Of a stretch of 59,335 bases of DNA, positions 53,407 through 59,335 are shown piece by piece (the stretch's first letter is position 1; each line of letters begins with the position of its first letter). The translations under genes were made by a program, and so were the position numbers. The notes beneath the pieces were generated by a model. It was not told the origin of the DNA. It saw only the letters and a list, made by a program, of their open reading frames with translations, and did no database searches. The DNA is from Nemertoderma westbladi (Eukaryota; Animalia; Xenacoelomorpha). The stretch lies in assembly GCA_032718475.1 (NCBI GenBank), contig JAUCBJ010008348.1, positions 1 to 59,335 on the forward strand, written 5' to 3'.

Positions 53407-56400
53407 TTATAGGTATAGTAAAGGCCTGTGGTCTGTGACCACCGTAAAATGTGGCTGTCCATACAAATACATACGACACTTATTAATTAACCAGTATATA
53501 GCTAGGGCTTCTAGCTCTATTGTGGCGTATCGAGTCTCGCATTCCTTCAGAAATCGAGAACCGCATTGCACCAGTTGCCACCTAGTGTCATTTTGACGTT
53601 TCTGGAACAGGGCAAAACCGAGACCTTTTGTCCGGGAAGCATCGGTTTCTATTCTAATTTCAGCGTTTTTATCGTAAGGTACAAGAATTGGCGGGGTGGC
53701 CAACGCTTTTTTCACGTTTTGAAACGCAGAATCATGGTTATTTGTCCACAGAAATTCGTTTTTTATTTTTAAAATATCCCGTAATGGGGCCGCCATTTCG
53801 CTTATTTCTGCGGAAAACTGAGCCAGCTGCTGAACAAGACCCATAAACGACCTGAGTTCGGTGCGGTTTGTGGGTGCCGGGAAATTTTCTATTGCACTAA
53901 TTTTTGCTGGATCAGCTTTAGTTCCATCTTTTGAAATAATAAATCCGCCGAATTTGACTTCATCTTTTGCAAAATCAAATTTATTTGGTTTCACCGTTAT
54001 TTTATGTTTATGACACCGTTCTAGAATATCACATATTCTAGAAATATGATCTTTTAAACCCGAATCGGCTATTACAATCCCGTCCACCAATCTATGAACA
54101 TTATCTATACCTGATAATGCTATATCGACCCGTAGGTTATACGAATCGCCCGTGCTAATATAGCCCATGGGCGCTCGATTAAAAACGAATCGTCCCCATG
54201 GAGTAATAAAGCACGTTAGGTCCTTCGACTCAGGGTGCATTGGCACCTGCCAATGAGCAGTTTTGGCGTCCAATGTTGAAAAATATCTAGAGTCTGGTGC
54301 AATTTCTGAAATAACGTCAGTTGGTGAACTACTAGGGTGTACAATACGCTTAACCTGACGATTCAAATTCGTCAGGTCAACACACACCCTGATGCCTCCG
54401 TCTGATTTGAGTACCACTACTAGAGGGTGGCACCACGCTGTGGGTCTGTCACCCACTGGTTCTATGATTCCCTTGGCTGAAAGTGAGTCTAATTCTTTTT
54501 TAACTTCATCACGTTTTGCATACGCAATTTTTCTCGCTGAATGTACGGCAAAAGGTTTACAGTTGTCTTTCAGCTCAATTCGCAAAGGATCACCAATAAT
54601 TTCGCCTGTCATTGTTTTCAATTCAGAATTAACATTGAACACTGAGGAATAAATATTAAACAGTTTTTTACGGATAGAATTCATCTGGAAATTCGATGGA
54701 TTTTCCGGGATGTTGTCTATCCAAGTTTTTCGAGCTGATTTTTCAAATAATGCCAGCTCGTCACAAACATTAGCACTATTTCTTGCAGTGGAACAGCATT
54801 TTATTTCTTTCTCAGTTTCACTGGTATATATGTAAGGCAAAGGGTTTGGCCAGTCACGGTGAATAAGCCGTAGTGCTTTACAGGTTTCACGTGACAAATA
54901 CAGAAAGGGTATATTATCACAAATAATAATTTCGTCCAGTTTCTGTACCCCTTCCAAAGTTATATAGAGAAAAATACGGCCAATTTGTTTAATTGGATGG
55001 CCGTTGATATTTAGTAAACGGTCATTGCTGGGTTCGAGCAAGTTGGCCTGATCGATACCCAACTTATTTAAAAATTGTTTCCCTGCTACTGTACGATCGG
55101 ATCCGGTGTCCGGAATTGCACAACATTCAAAAATTGGTTTATTTTTATCTGAATTGAGAGTCAAAAATACAGTAATGACAGATTGTTTATCTTGAACACA
55201 AGATCCAACATGAACAGACGCCTGGGTAAAACTTTCATCGCTAACCAATGCTGCCGATTTATCGGCCACTTTACTTTTACAAACACTAGCAAAGTGGTTT
55301 CTCTTTTTACAACGGTTGCAAGTTTTACCTTGGGCAGGGCAGGTTTGACCCGGCCGGTGGCTTTCGTAGCCGCATTTGGTACATTTAGGTAAACTCGAAT
55401 CGCGAGATCGATATTTGTATCTATCCGAGCTTTTTCGACTGGAGGATCGGTATCTTCCCCGTGGATATTGGTTTTTCCCGGTTCCGGACGTTGCCCCTAC
55501 CGACAGGTGCGGTGGGCCGGACCTCGACCTCGACATGCGTTTTGCGTGCGCTCGCGCTGCCTCCTCGCTACGAACAAACTTTACAGTTTCCTTATGAGTG
55601 AGACCCGGTGACTTCGCCAAAAGATCCTGGCGGATTTCCTCGTCGGAAATCCCGACCGTTATTAACGTCGACATCCAGGCATCTTCGTCCATATCGCGTA
55701 ACCCTGCGGTTTCTGCCATTTCGCTTAATCTCGTATAGAAATTGTCGAACGACTCTGATTCCTGCTGTTTACAGGTCGTCAGTTCCCACCGGTCCAGCGC
55801 GACGTTTTGTTTTTCCTTTAAATATCCCTCGAGTTTATCGAGAACTTCTTCTAGAGTCATAGTGGTATTCTGAGGGATTTCCACAGCGTATTGCAATTTT
55901 GAAAGGAAACTGGGGCTGCAATACCCGAAAAAGGCAGATATTTGTTCGTCCCGTGGTTGTAAATGTAATTTAATAGTCTTAGCATAGTTACCCCACGAAA
56001 TTCTCCATCTGTTGAACCTTTTTAAATCCACCTCCTCGTCAAGGGCGGGGGGCGTTTTACCGATGCACATGGGGCGTTGTCTTGCTTCTGGGTTGTTGTT
56101 CCCTGAATATGTGACGTGGACTGTAGCGGATCAGAGCCAGTCGACTGAATCTGAGAAAAATTGGCAGTAACTTGTTTCATAATAACTGCGATATCGTGGC
56201 GGTAACGGATCATCTCCATCGAGATATCGTCGAATTGGGTTTCCTCCGTCCCGCAGTCTGCCTCGGATTGCTGGAGAAGTTCTAACGATTCCCCGAGTTT
56301 ATCGTATGTGTTCTCCAACTTGTACTTCAATCGCTGAACATCTTCCATTAAAGATTGAGGACGTTCATCAGGATGCAGCTGCGTTAATTGGTCTAACGCA

Positions 56401-56486
56401 GCTTCCAACTGATTTTTTACCCTCGTATAATTCGATTTAAACCCGAAATGGCTTTTTTTCGAATGTGCGACGGTTATCGCTTTCAT
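53407..56486 (-). pseudogene. Gypsy gag-pol (Gag knuckles, protease, RT, RNase H)
   Basis: CTKCGYESH..C, PDTGSD, LDAKTAHWQV and ETDAS motifs; RT motif mutated to LVDG; frameshift in a C-run near 56050. Confidence 0.9.
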
Positions 56487-57029
56487 GGTAAGATAGTAGT
56501 ACCTACCTGACCTACTGCTGTACAGTAGTACCGGTACGTGTAGTATGCCTACCGTACCTGCGTAGTGTACTTATAGGCGGTCCGTAGGCTCTCCGCTCCT
56601 TCAGTCCCGTCCTTTTTAGCTTCAGCAGTCCGTGTACAGTGCGGTTTCTTTGAATGCGTATATTAATACACACTGCGCCATGTTGTGTTATCCCCCGAGC
56701 GTGGGAAATACATCAGGTTAGTTACATCAGATATATTCATTAGTCTATTGTCACAATACACAATAATCTATAATATACCTGTATACCGACACCATGCACG
56801 ATACTACTGCAGTACCTGCATACCAACAATAGGTTCACTGCCTGACTCATATATATAGCACCACCGGTATCCTACCTAAAGTAGAATATCCTAGAGCACT
56901 CTACATTGTTACAGTATATTTTTATATTCCACCAATACGTATACTGGTTAGATTCTTTTTTGTATTATTATTCTTTGTTTTATTATAATAATCGTTTAAA
57001 TCTAAATATATCTCTCTATCTCTGATCGA

Positions 57030-57088
57030 TCAGGGGCCCCCACCAATCATGTGCACAGGGGCCCCCACCAGGCTTGATCCGGCTCTGC
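57030..57088 (-). mobile_element. Isolated hAT-like terminus
   Basis: Reverse complement CAGAGCCGGATC with repeated GGGGCCC. Confidence 0.45.
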
Positions 57089-57650
57089 TAATTTCTGTTC
57101 ATAACGTTGGGTCAACGTGAAACCAATAGGCTTATCGATTTTGTCGACGGTGAAGTTGTCCTAATTCGTCTACGAATCTAATACGCCTAAGTATTCGGCT
57201 TCAATAACATATTACATCCTTCACATCAGGAAAATACTGCTTCGCACAAATCTTATGTGGTATAATAACAGGAGTAATAATCAATAGTCTGTAGTCTGGT
57301 TCCTTTTTGCCTAAAGAGAAAAGATATTTGATGCCTTCGCCATTACATTCTACGCGTATTTCCGGATTTGGAACATGTCTAAAGTGGAAAGAACAACATT
57401 CGAGCCTGTGTGAACCGCTATTACCCAGATAGCAATGACTTGAGCTTTAACGTTCAAAGTTTATCAAAAACTAAACTCAGACATAATGCGAAATTCCGTT
57501 ACTATAATATATTGAATATTTAAATCTAATTTATATGAAAGTAACATTGTAAAAAAAAATTATTATATTTAATATTTCAAAATGTGAAGAACAGAGGACT
57601 TACAATGCATCCATCCATTCATGCCTATTTCTTCTTATAGCACGACCCAC

Positions 57651-57842
57651 CTCATATCGCTGGCTGTAGGTTGACTATAATAATAGTACCAGACAGGGTG
57701 CAGCAAATCTTCCGTGTGAGCGAGGGCAGGGTCATGCACCGGTTTGGTATCCAGAACGTCAGCTCCTGGACCCCCAAATGTCTTATCATACTCGAGATTA
57801 AGGACTACAGTATCATTGTTGTAGAAGGTCCCATGTGATATC
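57651..57842 (-). CDS. FOXRED2: Exon of a FOXRED2-like FAD-dependent oxidoreductase
   Basis: LNLEYDKTFGGPGADV..LLHPVWYYY..PT resembles FOXRED2 as recalled (MEYGRNFSGPDKDV..FLHPVIYYY..PT); ttcag acceptor and gtgggt donor. Confidence 0.7.
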
Positions 57843-58506
57843 CTGAATAACAATAAAACTGAATTATTTAAGTACCGATTTGATATGATTGAAATAAACT
57901 GAAACTAAAATTATGAAAATATGAAAATATACAATTAATTAACCAAAAAATTAATTTTTATATCAGCAGTTCTTTCATCCCAATCAAATTATTAATCAAT
58001 TTTTGTTATGCACCAAGCCAGCGTGATAGAGGATTGGTGAGCAAAAGAGAAATAAGAAACACTAAATGGAACACGGTAAAAATATTGATAAGCAGGAAAT
58101 TTAACCTATGAACTACCCTAAAAAGGTAATCCTAAATATACTCCTCGCACAGCACATCTTAGGAAAAAAAAAATATATAAAACAATATAGTATATATAAA
58201 ACACTACAAACATTCTGTAACGTGGAAAAATGATCAGTATGAAATTTAACCTTATGTTGCTGGGTAACAAAGGAAAGTAACCAATCAGCATGCAGCTCTT
58301 CCCTAGTGTTTTAATTTTTACTAATAAACATAACGCTGATATTTCTATGTATAAAAGTAAACGGAATTCCACTACTTAATTTATATTAACCGGTAGATAA
58401 ACTGTAACTGAAATAAGGGGCTAAGTAAAACTGAACCGAAATTGTTAAAATTCCAGTTTTCGCCTGTGTCACTGGTATTAAATGATGTTGACCGATAAAT
58501 GAAGCT

Positions 58507-58621
58507 CTACCAACACCAACCTGTAATTTCTTGGAATCGATGTAAGAGTCTTAATGGATATTCGGCAAAGTGTGTCATCGTTCCTGAATCTTTGTTTACA
58601 ACAAATACCTCTCCAAGAAAA
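58507..58621 (-). CDS. FOXRED2: Upstream exon of the FOXRED2-like gene (donor position uncertain)
   Basis: FLGEVFVV..HFAEYPLRLL..ITG resembles LADVILL..YLEEFPIQML..LTG; ttattag acceptor. Confidence 0.55.
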
Positions 58622-59335
58622 CTAATAAGGACAAAATATATTAAATCAGATTTGTAACAATATGTTATGTTTAGGATAGGCCTACTGTATAAATAGTTGA
58701 GCTGATATTTGTACAACACAAATAACACAGCAAACTAATTAATTAATCACTTAGAAACAATAAACTTCTAGAACATGTCTTGCAAAAAATGACCCATTGA
58801 TGATAGCCATTGTATGCTTATGCGTTGCGTAACATTATTTCCCGTACATAATAATTAATAATTAAATGCTTGAGTTAATACAATTATTTTATTCTATAAT
58901 TGTCAAGCTGAAGTAAAAAAACCTTACCGGTAGGTATGCCAGTACAGTACGATACAAATACTAAAATAAAATAAAAAAGCAACTGACCATTAGACGTTGC
59001 ATGCAATCAGTGATCAGCTGACGGCTGTCAGCTGATCAGTAGGTTTCGCCCCAATGGGGGCTTTCTCAAGTAGCTAGTGCTAGAAAGGAGACAATAGATA
59101 GAAGTTCCCAAGGGAGACGGGACGGTAAAGTGAAACAAGGTAGATGTGTATCAGTCTAACCACTGGGAAGCAGCACCTCAATCTTGCGCCAATCACGTTT
59201 CTGCTTGTTAATAGCTGGCTGACGAGTGCGTATATAAAACATTTCTAGTTTTTGCAGGACAGGACGCAAAGGGTGCCGTGCAATAACCTTGAAGTGTTTG
59301 AACAACTCTCGCCAGTCAGTCAACCAACGTGTGTT

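Larger units (their letters stand above)
52050..56905 (-). mobile_element. Ty3/Gypsy LTR retrotransposon, decayed, 3' truncated
   Basis: Order gag-PR-RT-RH-IN; 5' LTR about 56681-56905 ending ACAACA, followed by PBS-like TGGCGCAGT. Confidence 0.9.

Noticed and set aside
56022-56070. Programmed frameshift in Gypsy gag
   Set aside because: Lies in a C homopolymer inside Gag of an element with several other lesions; more likely a mutation or sequencing error.

Overview
AT-rich, repeat-dense animal (invertebrate-like) genomic DNA. About 1-21.1 kb holds two diverged, convergently oriented copies of a BEL/Pao LTR retrotransposon. Both encode Gag and protease but share the same deletion of RT, most of RNase H and integrase. 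Both also carry a ~1.6 kb internal non-coding region with stems conserved between the copies, followed by an extra ORF (CCHC knuckles in copy A). From 21 to 27 kb there is a patchwork of SINE, LINE and MITE fragments. At 27.3-32.8 kb is an apparently intronless PRDM9-like gene (KRAB-SSXRD-Zn knuckle-PR/SET-C2H2 array), split in frame by a 3150-bp TIR element with nested hAT and piggyBac MITEs. LINE fragments, a 12.6-kb ~32-bp satellite with higher-order repeats, a decayed Ty3/Gypsy element and two FOXRED2-like exons (minus strand) follow. All calls come from reading the sequence by eye; no searches or folding were run.
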